Shown here: positions 17,693 through 28,241 of the stretch, piece after piece | Position numbering within the stretch: position 1 is the stretch's first letter | Layout of the letters: each line of letters opens with the position of its first letter | Origin: Promethearchaeati archaeon SRVP18_Atabeyarchaeia-1 | GTDB lineage: Archaea > Asgardarchaeota > Atabeyarchaeia > Atabeyarchaeales > Atabeyarchaeaceae | NCBI GenBank assembly: GCA_037308085.1 | Contig: CP147779.1 | Location: 1,376,001 to 1,440,000, forward strand | Direction of reading: 5' to 3' | Length of the DNA: 64,000 bases | The notes under the pieces: generated by a model | Databases searched by the model: none | What the model was told of the DNA's origin: nothing | Seen by the model: only the letters and a program-made list of their open reading frames with translations | Translations under genes and position numbers: made by a program

Positions 17693-18450
17693 CCTATAGC
17701 TTAGTCATAGGGATCTTCGTCGGCCTTGCGGCTGGGTACTTAGGATCTCTGATGGTGTTGAAGAAGATGGCACTCGTGGGTGACGCAATGTCCCACGTGG
17801 CGTTGCCGGGCCTCGGCTTGGGAATCATGTTCAACTTCGATCGTTACTTGGGCGCCTTTGCAGTCCTCTTTGTCGCGGCAATAATAGTCTGGTACCTGGG
17901 GAGAGTCACCAAACTCTCGTATGAGGCACTGATAGGTACGCTGTTTACGACTGCGTTGGCCGTTGGAGTGCTAATGATACCTCAATTCGACTTGCTCGAA
18001 GCGCTGTTTGGCGACATCTCTAGCGTGAATTCTTTCGACGTTACGCTCGCAATAATAGTCTCTGTAGTGGCAATAGTTCTGACGAGAGTTATCTACAAGA
18101 GCATGATTCTAGGCATGATCTCAGAAGAGCTGGCAATCTCGAAAGGTGTCAAGATTGCAAGGATAAACTTGTTATATCTTCTACTGGTGTCGGCCGTGGT
18201 GGCTTTAGGAATAAGAATCACCGGAACACTGCTTGTTGGCTTCCTGGTCGTTGTTCCCGCGGTGACTGCTAAGAACCTCAGCCTAAGCTCCTTCAGATAC
18301 GCGGCTCTAAGTGCGATCTTTGCAGTGACTTGCTCGTTGGCGGGGATCCTGCTATCAAGCTACTTGGGAGTGCCACCTGGACCAATGGTGGTTCTCTCTG
18401 GGCTTGCACTGTTCTTAGCGAGTGTGCCAGTCAAATTACACAAGGGGTAA
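17677..18450 (+). CDS. Metal ABC transporter permease, ZnuB-like
   Basis: GDAMSHVALPG, LFGDI; overlaps the ATPase stop. Confidence 0.9.
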   Translation: MAEALAYSLVIGIFVGLAAGYLGSLMVLKKMALVGDAMSHVALPGLGLGIMFNFDRYLGAFAVLFVAAIIVWYLGRVTKLSYEALIGTLFTTALAVGVLMIPQFDLLEALFGDISSVNSFDVTLAIIVSVVAIVLTRVIYKSMILGMISEELAISKGVKIARINLLYLLLVSAVVALGIRITGTLLVGFLVVVPAVTAKNLSLSSFRYAALSAIFAVTCSLAGILLSSYLGVPPGPMVVLSGLALFLASVPVKLHKG

Positions 18451-18619
18451 GCATCGGGCGGAGAGCCTATCACAGCGAGTGCGCCATTTCGCGTTGTGTA
18501 CGGCGCACATCTCTGGCGCCGCTCCTTCAGGGTTGATGGACAGACAAAAACATAAGTCAGGTCAGCGTTCTAATGAGATGCTGATGCACGGAGACCGTAT
18601 TGAGCGTGGCTGAGGTAAT

Positions 18620-19384
18620 ATGCCCAAAATAATTGTCGACGGTCTGAAGACGCATTACGAGGAATACGGGGAAGGTAAGCCCTTAGTACTAATTCACGGA
18701 GCACAAGGGACGGTTGAAGGATTCGACGGGATGATCAAGATCCTAAGAAATAAGTATAGAGTCATCACTCCAAGCTTACCCGGTCGAAGTGGCTCAGAAT
18801 CAATGAGTGGCGAGGTCACCATGAAGCGCTACTCAGACCATATCGCGCGCTTGCTGCCAAAGATCAACGTGAAGAATGCAATTGTTGGGGGTAGCTCGAT
18901 GGGAGGGCTAGTGTCGCTGAGTTTCTGCTTCGATCACCCCGAGATGACTTCAGCCCTTGTACTTATCGATAGCCCGGCAAAGATACAGATAGACGAAAAG
19001 ATAGTGAACCTTTTCGTCGATGACTACGAAGGCACGACGAGGCTAGCCGCAAGTCTAGGATACTCGAAGAATACCCCCAAGGATGTTGTTGAAGCCGCTC
19101 TCAGGTACAACCTAAAAGTTCCAGTGGAAACTACCCTGAAAGACTTGAGAGCTACAGGCAGGTACGATCCGATCTCTAGGCTGGCTGAGATCAGAGTGCC
19201 TACACTCATAATAAGAGGCAGTGAGGATATCCTTACACCCAAGCCCATGAGCGACATCCTGAACAACAGAATCAAAGGATCCACCATCAAGATCATTAAA
19301 GGCGCGGGACACTCGAGCATCGTGGAGAAGCCAATGGAAGTATCTGAGGCAATAATGCAATTCCTTCGGAAACAGAGCATTTAG
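18620..19384 (+). CDS. Alpha/beta hydrolase
   Basis: LIHG, GSSMGG nucleophile elbow, GSEDILTP, GAGH. Confidence 0.9.
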   Translation: MPKIIVDGLKTHYEEYGEGKPLVLIHGAQGTVEGFDGMIKILRNKYRVITPSLPGRSGSESMSGEVTMKRYSDHIARLLPKINVKNAIVGGSSMGGLVSLSFCFDHPEMTSALVLIDSPAKIQIDEKIVNLFVDDYEGTTRLAASLGYSKNTPKDVVEAALRYNLKVPVETTLKDLRATGRYDPISRLAEIRVPTLIIRGSEDILTPKPMSDILNNRIKGSTIKIIKGAGHSSIVEKPMEVSEAIMQFLRKQSI

Positions 19385-19431
19385 GGCGACCACCAGGCGA
19401 TCTTCTGGGTCTACCGAGGTCGACGACACGG

Positions 19432-20298
19432 ATGAGAAGCAAATCCTCTGCCATATTTGTCACCGTGCTAGCAAGCCTACTGTGGGGATCTAGCTTCCCT
19501 GTCAACAAGGTCGGCGTATCCTACGTTGACCCGTACACCTTCGCATTTCTACGACTAGTAATGGCGTCAGCGGCGATCCTAGTAACCGCGGCAGCCATGC
19601 GGAAACTCGACTTGTCAGTTTTCAGGAGAAAAATAATATGGGGTCTGGGAATACTCAACGCAACAGGCTTCCTACTGCAATATATTGGATTTGTCTACAC
19701 TACTGCCTCGAGATCATCTCTGCTTGTGGACTCGGACGTGATCCTGATCGCAGTGCTGAGCTGGAGGATCTTCAAGGAGCGGTTTTCGATTGAGAAGAAG
19801 GCGGCCGTCGTCATGGGCGTGTTTGGTGCGGCCTTTCTTGAATCAGGTGCGAATCTAAGCGGTCTGCTAGGAGGAGAGCTTATGGGAGACCTGCTGGTGT
19901 TTCTCTCAGGAGTCGTGTGGGCTTTCTTCATGGTTGCTAACAAGGGAATGATCACGGAGAAAGCAGACTTGGTTACATTAGCCGTGGGCGTTCAGGTCAC
20001 GACGGCTATAGCCTTGTTCCCGTTCGGAATCGCACTGGGGACAACGGGTGTAGCGGCAATGGCTCCAGAGGGGTGGGCCGCAATTATCTTCACCGGTGTG
20101 CTCTGCTCCACCGCTGCTTATCTTCTTTGGTCTAAGGGTTTGAAGGGGCTGACCGTGACAACATCGGCTATAATACTTCTGCTCGAAGTGCTTTGGGCTC
20201 TACTTCTATCATTTACCCTGCTTGGCGAAAGCTTCTCGTTAATCTCAGCCGTGGGCGCATCATTCATACTGCTATCAATACTCTTGGCTTCAAGGTAG
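19432..20298 (+). CDS. DMT/EamA family transporter
   Basis: LWGSSF motif; two EamA repeats; 10 TM. Confidence 0.9.
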   Translation: MRSKSSAIFVTVLASLLWGSSFPVNKVGVSYVDPYTFAFLRLVMASAAILVTAAAMRKLDLSVFRRKIIWGLGILNATGFLLQYIGFVYTTASRSSLLVDSDVILIAVLSWRIFKERFSIEKKAAVVMGVFGAAFLESGANLSGLLGGELMGDLLVFLSGVVWAFFMVANKGMITEKADLVTLAVGVQVTTAIALFPFGIALGTTGVAAMAPEGWAAIIFTGVLCSTAAYLLWSKGLKGLTVTTSAIILLLEVLWALLLSFTLLGESFSLISAVGASFILLSILLASR

Positions 20299-20354
20299 AT
20301 GCATGAGGCTCAGCTTCTTGAAGCCACCCAGACGAGAGTTATGGGGTACTCGGC

Positions 20355-20413
20355 AAAAGAGAAGTAGCCCCACACGGAAATGTGGGGTCTCCTCCCCCTC
20401 CAAATACCCCACC
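20355..20413 (-). ncRNA. Candidate short intergenic RNA
   Basis: On the minus strand: TTTATAT (20440-20434), a G-rich 5' part, a CCCCACA/TGTGGGG hairpin, then TTCTCTTTT. Confidence 0.3.
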
Positions 20414-20488
20414 TTATTACGTGCATCTCTGGGATATAAAGCTTACATGGAATGGAACCGCTTCCATCGTGCGTGATGGTTCTGGCCT

Positions 20489-21091
20489 TTACTTGTTTTC
20501 ATGTCCCTCCTTCTTTATGAGAGCCGCCAGCCAGGATATCTTCTTTCCCATTTCACGGGCTGTTTCTATGCCTTCCTTGTCATTGAGCACTTCGCCCTTT
20601 TCTCTTCCGTATGCGATGGTCCAGTAGGATACGCCGGGGACTATCATTCCGCTCAACAGGAAGAAGAAGAGTAGCTGGGCGTAGGTGAAGTTTGCTCCTG
20701 CCCTCCTCGCTACGACTAGGGCGCTACCAACCTTGTTGTTCAATGGTTGCCCCAGCGCCTTAGCCATGTATCCCATTCGGTCGACGAAGATCTTCATCTG
20801 GGGTGAGCATGACCCGAAGTAGACTGGCGTTGCCAAGACCACCCCGTCTGCTTCGCTTATCTTGTTGAAAAGCTTCTCTCCATCATCATCTATCTTGCAT
20901 TTCTTGGTTTTGCGGCAAACCATGCACGCATCACAAGGTTTGAGGCTGTACTCGGCAAGTCTGATGGCCTCGATTTCGGCACCATCCTGCTCTGCAGACT
21001 TGAGGAGCTCCTTTGCAAGTAGCTCGCTATTTCCGCCTTTTCTGGGGCTTCCAATGAACGCAACTATCTTGGGTTTAGCATTATCTGGCAT
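20489..21091 (-). CDS. Iron-sulfur flavoprotein (Isf)/flavodoxin family
   Basis: GSPRKGGNS, CDACMVC..TKKC, ATPVYFG. Confidence 0.9.
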   Translation of the reverse strand: MPDNAKPKIVAFIGSPRKGGNSELLAKELLKSAEQDGAEIEAIRLAEYSLKPCDACMVCRKTKKCKIDDDGEKLFNKISEADGVVLATPVYFGSCSPQMKIFVDRMGYMAKALGQPLNNKVGSALVVARRAGANFTYAQLLFFFLLSGMIVPGVSYWTIAYGREKGEVLNDKEGIETAREMGKKISWLAALIKKEGHENK

Positions 21092-21182
21092 GATATCTTT
21101 CCACCCCGATTTTAAAGTCCGATTGTAGACCCACCGCAGTCTCCTGAAGAGACAATATAATTGCTGCCCTCCTGCTATTTAT

Positions 21183-23822
21183 CTATTGACTGGTTTTCCT
21201 TTCCGGGGTTTCGATAAACTCTGCGAGTTCTTTGCATTGATCTGACACCCCCTGTCTGCCTATTGCCCTCATGATCCTCTCCATTCCTCTGAGTCGGTGT
21301 ATCTCCTGTTCAAACCAGTCGAAGAGATCTCCAGGATAGACCTGCAGGCTGTAGTCCTCTTGAAGTTTCTCCGATATCCGCTTTGGAGTCAGTCCAGCTA
21401 GTCTCAGAGAGACTATCTTCCTGCAGATCTTCTCTGCACCGCAGTCACAGAAGGGGTTGTCTCTACAATTGCAGTTGAAGAACTCAGTCGCCCACTTCAC
21501 GAGGAGGCCGAGAACCCAGCTCGGAAGCGTTTTATGGCCACCACTCTTTGAGACACTCATTACGTCGAGCACGGCGCCTGAGAGGAGATTCGACGAGAAG
21601 CGCGTGTTGAAAGCCCGCTCAAGTTCAGACTGGACCGCGGACGAGATATAGACTTGATGAATTGGGTTAAGCTTCAATGATAAGGCCAAAGGATCCATTT
21701 TTCCAGCGTTCTCCTTGACGAGAAGCGCTTCCTCGGGAGTGAAGAACGAGATTGCAGTTGCCTTGCCGAATTCCGTGGTGTAGCAGGTCCTCCTCTCATT
21801 ATTCTCGTCTTTCCTCACTTCGACTAGCCCATCCTTAACCAGCGCGCCGAGTGCCTCCGGGAACGGGGTTGTCCTTCCAATCATCTGGTCATATGACTCC
21901 TGCAGTTCGTCGATCGTCACCCCACTTAATTCGAAGGCTGAAACATCGCTCAGCAGTTGTGCCGAGCAATTGTCTTCATCGTGTTCAGGCTCGACATCCT
22001 CAGGAGTTCCTTCAAGGAGTTCCACCGCGATCTTGTCTTCTGTTTCCTCCTTCTCGCCGTGACAAACTCTACTTTGCTCGGCGAGGAGAACTACCTTTCC
22101 TCTATCGTGCATGCCGAGTCTTCCGGCCCTCCCCATCATCTGCTCGAATTCACTACTCGTGAGATACCGGTTTCCCATGCTTGGCGTCTCGAAGACAACT
22201 TGGCTTGCAGGGGCGTTGAAACCTGCGCCGAGAGCGTACGTCGTGACAACTGCGTCATACGTTCCCTTTACGAAGGACATCTCAATGCTTTTCCTCGTCC
22301 TGTAGGTCATTCCGGCGTGGTAGGGAGTCGTGTTCAGTCCGTTGTCTTGCAGGAAAGTTGAAAGCTCGTGAGTCCTGCGCCTGGAATTCGTAAACACAAT
22401 CGTCTGCCCTCGATATCCCGTGCTGCTCATAACTCTTGTCTCGAACCTAACCAGCTGTTTGAGCGCTTGAAGCTTGTCTGCCTCGGAGAAGCAGATGATT
22501 AGGTGCCTCTCAAGTGGGACAGGCCTCCCCGGATAGACCACCGGAGTCAACTCTAGATCGCTGGCGAGTTCCTCCGGGTTTCCGACAGTGGCTGAGAGGC
22601 AGATGAACTGGCATTGTGGGAAGAGCTTCCTGAACCTCGTAATGAGACCATCTAACTCTGGTCCCCGTTCCTCGTCAGCCATCATTTGGACTTCATCGAC
22701 GATGACAACGCCCACCTTCCCGAAGTCTGCAGCTTTTCCTGATCTGAGTAACACGTCGAGACCCTCATATGTTGCGCTGATCATGTTGCCTGCTTTGATG
22801 TCTCCGTCCACCAACACAAGTTCCTCATCTCCGACATCGATCCTGCTCATACCTACTTTGATAACTGTTCTCAGACCTATCCTAGAATAATGCGATCTGA
22901 ACTCCTCGTACTTCTGATTCGCCAGCGCAACTAGGGGCGCCAGATAGATCATTTTCTCTCCCCTAAATACTTTGGTGGCACCCGCGAGTTCTCCGATCAG
23001 GGTTTTGCCGCTTGAGGTAGCGGAGACGATAAGGAGATTGGCTCCTCTGAGCAGGCCTGCCTTGATTGCGGCATCCTGAACGGGTAGAAGGAACTTCACG
23101 CCAGCGTCTAAGAGAACCTTGCCAACTTCTGGAGGAATGCTGAGGTCTTTCAGAGTTGTTGTTGGCTTGAAGGGTTCTGCAGGAACTCGATCGAAAAGAG
23201 TGAGCTCAGGGTGTGAGACCAAGTCCTTCTTGTAGAAAGCAAACCTGATCGCCTTATCCACATGCTTTACGCTGTCCAGGATCTGTGCGACTTGTTTCTT
23301 CGTAGCTCTTGTTGCTTTCTTGTCTCCCTCGAATTCAACTTCCTTGACAACCTCCGACATTGCGCATTCTCGGCAAAGTGTAGATCCATGAAGGTTGTAC
23401 CTGGTGTTCTGATCCACCATCGTAACGTTGCTATCGACTAAACAGAACTCACATAGATCACACTCAAGGACCTTCTTTGAAGGTATTTGGAATGTCCTTA
23501 GAAGCGCTGTGAAATTCTTTAGGAATGCCTGAGAGGATTTCTTGGGGAGACAGATCTCTATGCAGTTTCGAAGCAGGTTTATGAACTCCTTTGGCTGGAG
23601 GAACTTTGGGCTCTTTTCCTCAATCCAGAACTTGCTGGGTCTTAGGAACTCGTTCTCTCTGACCAACTCAACATAGCTAGTGAAAGAGGCCTTCACCTTG
23701 TTTCCAGCTGAAAGCCTCCCTCGGACAAGTAGAACCCTTATCCGACTACTTGTCTCGCCCCCAACCGGGCTCACGACTATAGAGTAGCCAGCGAAATCCC
23801 TTTGCTCGATCATTATGGGCAA
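21183..23822 (-). CDS. Archaea-specific SF2 DEAD/DEAH-box helicase (COG1202-like)
   Basis: SATSSGKT, DEVQ, SAT, QMMGRAGR, plus N- and C-terminal Cys clusters (CEFC/CREC; CNC..NPFCDC). Confidence 0.88.
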   Translation of the reverse strand: MPIMIEQRDFAGYSIVVSPVGGETSSRIRVLLVRGRLSAGNKVKASFTSYVELVRENEFLRPSKFWIEEKSPKFLQPKEFINLLRNCIEICLPKKSSQAFLKNFTALLRTFQIPSKKVLECDLCEFCLVDSNVTMVDQNTRYNLHGSTLCRECAMSEVVKEVEFEGDKKATRATKKQVAQILDSVKHVDKAIRFAFYKKDLVSHPELTLFDRVPAEPFKPTTTLKDLSIPPEVGKVLLDAGVKFLLPVQDAAIKAGLLRGANLLIVSATSSGKTLIGELAGATKVFRGEKMIYLAPLVALANQKYEEFRSHYSRIGLRTVIKVGMSRIDVGDEELVLVDGDIKAGNMISATYEGLDVLLRSGKAADFGKVGVVIVDEVQMMADEERGPELDGLITRFRKLFPQCQFICLSATVGNPEELASDLELTPVVYPGRPVPLERHLIICFSEADKLQALKQLVRFETRVMSSTGYRGQTIVFTNSRRRTHELSTFLQDNGLNTTPYHAGMTYRTRKSIEMSFVKGTYDAVVTTYALGAGFNAPASQVVFETPSMGNRYLTSSEFEQMMGRAGRLGMHDRGKVVLLAEQSRVCHGEKEETEDKIAVELLEGTPEDVEPEHDEDNCSAQLLSDVSAFELSGVTIDELQESYDQMIGRTTPFPEALGALVKDGLVEVRKDENNERRTCYTTEFGKATAISFFTPEEALLVKENAGKMDPLALSLKLNPIHQVYISSAVQSELERAFNTRFSSNLLSGAVLDVMSVSKSGGHKTLPSWVLGLLVKWATEFFNCNCRDNPFCDCGAEKICRKIVSLRLAGLTPKRISEKLQEDYSLQVYPGDLFDWFEQEIHRLRGMERIMRAIGRQGVSDQCKELAEFIETPERKTSQ

Positions 23823-24030
23823 CCTTTTCCACTAGGACGATACTTCATACAGACCAAGGCAACTCGGTCGATAGACAAAGGCAGAATCAAGTTCTTATTT
23901 ATTTGTGCTACATCGAGAATGATCTCAGATCCACTCCCTGGAAGACGCCATAAGGCTTCCACTCAGGCAAGCTTCCCCCGTTCCCTGCCTCAAGTTAGAA
24001 GACCGAAATACGCGAGAACGTGGAAATACA

Positions 24031-25452
24031 CTATGGATGCTCCTTTAGGTATCTCCAGCGGAAGTGAAGACTGCTCAGGGTCGTCACCACCTCGGAGATG
24101 CTGTGAGCGATAGGGATCCCCTTGTCTATGAGTTTCCCAACCGAGGCGCTGCTCAGCCTCGTGAGAGGCGTGAAGAAGACAATGGGCTTTCCATATGTCA
24201 GGCTTTCTTCATATGCTCTCGCCGCTAGATCGACTTCCCATGGGAGCGAATCAGGTTCTATCGGAGTCATCTCGCCTACTCCGGAGACAACAATCGCATC
24301 AGATTCTCTGTCAGATAACAACTGCCCGATCAATTTGACCATGATCACTGGATCGTAGGTTCCGCCAGCCCCAAAGTCTATGGGGTTCTTGACTGAGGCT
24401 CTCTCGGATGGGATGAACTTCCTGAGTCTTTCCTGTAGTTCCGCCGAGAACTGCTGCACTTGCAGATCCCCTCTGGGCAGCGAGTCACTAAGGGACACCC
24501 CCCAACCAGCGCCAATTGTTATCAATGCGACATTTCGTCCTCTCATGAGAGGATACTTGACGAAGGCGTTCGCTATTCTTGGTAGCATGTCGAGATCAGG
24601 GATTTGGGCGACCCCAGACTGCTTGAACAATCCCTTGTACACATTGTAGGATCCGGCAATGGAAGCAGTGTGGGAAAGCGCGGCTCTTGCGCCTGATTCC
24701 CATTCCCCGACTTTGTAGACTACGATCGGCTTCTTTCGTGCAACTTCCTTAACAACCTTCTTGAAGCGCTCCCCGTTTCGCACGCCCTCAATGTAGGACA
24801 TTATGACTTTGGTAGAGGGATCTTCCCCAAAGTATTCAATGACGTCCGTGACTGTGAGGTCGCATTCGTTTCCCAAGCTGACGTATTTGCCGAAGGTCAC
24901 GCCTGTAGCTGGCCCATTATATGAGAATGTGTTGCCAATGTATCCTGACTGGGTTGCGAATCCTATGGGGCTGTCTCTCAGGAGGTGGTTCGGCGTAGAG
25001 GAAGTGTTCATGTCGGCGGATGCATTGATTGATCCATTGCAGTTGGGACCTTGGATTGTCACGCGTGTTTCGCGTGCAATGGAGGTGAGTCTTTCCTGCG
25101 CCTCTTGTCCCCACTCGGTTGCTTCGCGAAATCCCCCGCTGATGATCTGTATTGCTTTGGCCTTCTTGGAGATGCAGTCCTCGGCAACTTGGATTACCTT
25201 GTCAGCCGAAATTACCAGAACCGCAAGTTCAAACTCATCCTCGATATCCTTGACGCTGGCATAGGCCTTCTGACCGAGGATGGTTCTTGCCTTAGGGTTG
25301 ACGAGGAAGACTCTGCGTCTGCGTGATGCTTCAACAACATTCTTGGCTATCCAGTTCCCCCAAGTTATCGGCTGGTTGGAGGCTCCAATGACGGCTATTG
25401 ATCGCGGATCGAAGAGACACCGTATTCCTTCTTTCCTATGTGAAGACATCAT
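24031..25452 (-). CDS. Acyl-CoA synthetase (ADP-forming) alpha subunit / CoA-binding protein
   Basis: PRSIAVIGAS, GPNC, QSG, SLGNECD, SHTAS phospho-His, NPID. Confidence 0.88.
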   Translation of the reverse strand: MMSSHRKEGIRCLFDPRSIAVIGASNQPITWGNWIAKNVVEASRRRRVFLVNPKARTILGQKAYASVKDIEDEFELAVLVISADKVIQVAEDCISKKAKAIQIISGGFREATEWGQEAQERLTSIARETRVTIQGPNCNGSINASADMNTSSTPNHLLRDSPIGFATQSGYIGNTFSYNGPATGVTFGKYVSLGNECDLTVTDVIEYFGEDPSTKVIMSYIEGVRNGERFKKVVKEVARKKPIVVYKVGEWESGARAALSHTASIAGSYNVYKGLFKQSGVAQIPDLDMLPRIANAFVKYPLMRGRNVALITIGAGWGVSLSDSLPRGDLQVQQFSAELQERLRKFIPSERASVKNPIDFGAGGTYDPVIMVKLIGQLLSDRESDAIVVSGVGEMTPIEPDSLPWEVDLAARAYEESLTYGKPIVFFTPLTRLSSASVGKLIDKGIPIAHSISEVVTTLSSLHFRWRYLKEHP

Positions 25453-25453
25453 C

Positions 25454-26077
25454 CTAGGGTTCCTCCATGAACTTCACAAACTGCTGTTTGGTTCTCGGCT
25501 TCAGTGTGTAGTTGTTCTTTTTCTCGTATCCTATGGTGGAGTGTGGTTTGGGGCCATAGTCATGGCCTGGGTAGACTTCAACACTATCTGGGAGTTTAGT
25601 GAGCTTGGAGAGGCTATCATAGAGTTTTCGTGGGTCGCTGCCCGGCAGATCTGCTCTCCCGCACTCGCCGACGAAGAGGGTGTCTCCCGTCATGACAATC
25701 TTGTTTTCAACGAGCAACGAGATCCCGTCGGGGGAGTGACCAGGCGTATGAATGACTCTGATATTGATTCCACCGAGCTTGATGATGTCTCCCTCCTTAA
25801 CAGCCACGTCCTTTCTCACAATGCTGTTCTCATATGCCACGATCCTTGCGCCTGTTGCTTTTTTGAGCCTCTCATTACCTTGAGTGTGATCATAATGCGC
25901 ATGGGTGTTTATGATGTAGATGATCTTAAGATTCCGACTTGCTGCCAAGTCGAGGACTCGCTTATATTCATAAGGTGGATCTACAACTGCTGCCTGCCCT
26001 TCTTCGATATCTCCAACTACATAGGAGAAGTTATCTGACTCAGGTGTTCTCAATTGCACGAAAAACAATGAAGCCAT
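25454..26077 (-). CDS. MBL-fold hydrolase (glyoxalase II-like)
   Basis: THAHYDH, TPGHS, TGDTLF, PGHDY. Confidence 0.9.
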   Translation of the reverse strand: MASLFFVQLRTPESDNFSYVVGDIEEGQAAVVDPPYEYKRVLDLAASRNLKIIYIINTHAHYDHTQGNERLKKATGARIVAYENSIVRKDVAVKEGDIIKLGGINIRVIHTPGHSPDGISLLVENKIVMTGDTLFVGECGRADLPGSDPRKLYDSLSKLTKLPDSVEVYPGHDYGPKPHSTIGYEKKNNYTLKPRTKQQFVKFMEEP

Positions 26078-26095
26078 GGGTGGGACGCTCCAAGC

Positions 26096-27130
26096 TCATG
26101 CCGGTCGGCTCTTCTGTTTTGTACTTCTTGGTTTCTTCGATAAGTGTCTCCTGATCCTGTCTTCTATACTGACAAGCACTGTGGCGCTCAAGATCAGTAT
26201 AGCTCCTGCGAGATCCCAGGAGGTGAGAGGCTGATTGAGAATGAATACCCCCATGATCATGACGCTGACAGGCTCCACAAGAAGGATTACTCCCGCTCTA
26301 GAGGCCTTCACTCTCCTCAGTCCCATTGCGAGTAAGGCGTAGGGTGTGACAGTCGAAACGAAAATCAATGCAAGCACCAACACCAAGGCATCGACAGGGA
26401 AATTAAGTACTAGACCAGTAACGGCTTGATCGTTGATGAATGCGCTCATGAGCAGCCAGAGCGGAATGGACCATAGAGTGGCAAAGAAGAAAGAATAGAA
26501 CATTGTTGTGGCGAAACTGTAGCTCTTGTTTGATCCGGAGAGTCGGCCAACAATAACGTACACGGAATAGAAGAATCCGTTCATGGCCGCTAGTAGAGCG
26601 CCAAGGACTGGTATCGAGGTGACAGTTCCGAAGACTTGCCAGAGTCCGCTTACTATGGATGCACCCAGAATGGAAGTACCTACTGCGATTACCTTAACAA
26701 ATGTTATCCCTTCTCTCAAGAAGAGTCGCGCGAAAATGACGGAGAACATTGGCTGCAGATACGATAGTGTTACTGCGACAGCTACTGGCGTGCCCAAAGC
26801 TATCGAGGAAAGGTAGGCAATAATGGAGAGAGATACCCCGAAAAGTCCATTGATTACGAAGAACTTCACGTCTCCTCGCCTTATTTTGCGAAGCGGGGAT
26901 TTAAGCAGAAGAACTAAACCGAATAGAAGTGCAGTGACTGAGATCCTGAAGAACCCTTGTTCGATTGACGGCACACCCATTTTTGTGAGTAGAGTCGAGA
27001 GTATCGCCGTGAAGCTATAGGTGATGCCAGCAACCAGTACAAGGATGTACCCAAGGGAAGATTCCTCAGTAGCCTCACTTGACAATCCAAGCCACCTTGC
27101 AGAATTATAAACTGAGACCGACCGGCACAC
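26096..27130 (-). CDS. DMT/EamA family transporter (true start may be downstream)
   Basis: Two EamA repeats; LFLREGIT; LLVEPV. Confidence 0.85.
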   Translation of the reverse strand: MCRSVSVYNSARWLGLSSEATEESSLGYILVLVAGITYSFTAILSTLLTKMGVPSIEQGFFRISVTALLFGLVLLLKSPLRKIRRGDVKFFVINGLFGVSLSIIAYLSSIALGTPVAVAVTLSYLQPMFSVIFARLFLREGITFVKVIAVGTSILGASIVSGLWQVFGTVTSIPVLGALLAAMNGFFYSVYVIVGRLSGSNKSYSFATTMFYSFFFATLWSIPLWLLMSAFINDQAVTGLVLNFPVDALVLVLALIFVSTVTPYALLAMGLRRVKASRAGVILLVEPVSVMIMGVFILNQPLTSWDLAGAILILSATVLVSIEDRIRRHLSKKPRSTKQKSRPA

Positions 27131-27251
27131 AAATCCACCTCTGAGACGAGGCAGTATTCTGATCAGGCAGACAGCTGAACCGATCCGTTGATATATATCC
27201 TCGTCAACAGATATTCCTTTTGATGAGTCGCTGAAAGGAGAGGATCAGTAA

Positions 27252-27767
27252 TTGGATGTACTCGAAGCTATTCTTAGTCGAAGGAGCATTAGGAAGTTCA
27301 AGAAGGACAAGCCAGTTGAGGAAGAGAAACTTCAGAAAGTGCTTGATGCCTGCAGGGCTGCTCCCTCTGCGCACAACCGTCAACCTTGGGAGTTCATTGT
27401 CATCACCAGCAAGGAGGCTTTGAAAGCAATCTCCAAGGAGACAGCCTACGGACAGTTCTTGGCTAGTGCCCCCATGGGCGTGGCCATAGTGCTCGATCCG
27501 AAGGTGAGTCCCGACCAGTACATGGTTGACGGAGGGATAGTCTCCCAGAACTTTGCACTGGCGGCATACGGTCTCGGACTTGGAACTTGCTGGGTTGGAA
27601 CGATGAACAGAGACAAAGTAAAGGGGCTCCTCGGCATACCCGCTGAAAAATATCTTCTGACCGTGCTACCTCTCGGCTACCCCGATGGCAATTTTCCAGC
27701 CATACCTAGAAAGCCATTGAAAGACGTGCTCTACTACGAGAAGTATGACCAGCGCAATCGCTGCTGA
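27252..27767 (+). CDS. Nitroreductase family protein
   Basis: RRSIRKF, APSAHNRQPW, GLGTCWVG. Confidence 0.92.
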   Translation: MDVLEAILSRRSIRKFKKDKPVEEEKLQKVLDACRAAPSAHNRQPWEFIVITSKEALKAISKETAYGQFLASAPMGVAIVLDPKVSPDQYMVDGGIVSQNFALAAYGLGLGTCWVGTMNRDKVKGLLGIPAEKYLLTVLPLGYPDGNFPAIPRKPLKDVLYYEKYDQRNRC

Positions 27768-27820
27768 GTTAGCAAACATCTTATTCTGGAGAGCTAACTA
27801 GAAGATCATATGGCACTTAG

Positions 27821-28213
27821 ATGGATGGCGGAGTACTAGGAGGTCGCAGGGTTTTGGGTGATCCAACTGACGAGAAAAGCAGACCAGTTGTGGACAGGGA
27901 GTCCGAGAAGGAAGGCAAAGCTCAAGAGGACGGAAATGAACACGCAGGAGCGGTCGACATAGGCGCCTTGGACACTTATACGACCCTGAAGTTGTTCCTC
28001 ACCATACTTTCAGGGCAAGCATGGCGAAAAATGGGCCTGGTCGTTGACCCCCAAACAAACAAAGCGGAGAAGGACATGGAGCAAGCCAGGACAGCGATAG
28101 ACTGCTTCCAATTTATCCTTAAGAGGATCGAGGGAAAACTCAGCGAAGAAGAAAAAGGAAAGCTAAACACCATCTTGAGCGATCTGCAGCTCAACTTCGT
28201 AACGCATCAATGA
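27821..28213 (+). CDS. DUF1844-like protein
   Basis: AWRKMGL..DP.T...EKDMEQARTAID...LSDLQLNFV. Confidence 0.75.
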   Translation: MDGGVLGGRRVLGDPTDEKSRPVVDRESEKEGKAQEDGNEHAGAVDIGALDTYTTLKLFLTILSGQAWRKMGLVVDPQTNKAEKDMEQARTAIDCFQFILKRIEGKLSEEEKGKLNTILSDLQLNFVTHQ

Positions 28214-28241
28214 TCGCTTGCAGCAAAGGCGAATAGGGTCC

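Noticed and set aside
27214-27240. TGATGA-GTCG-CTGA C/D-like K-turn over the nitroreductase SD
   Set aside because: The bulge is 2 nt rather than 3 and the 5' stem probably lies upstream of the transcription start; too weak to call.
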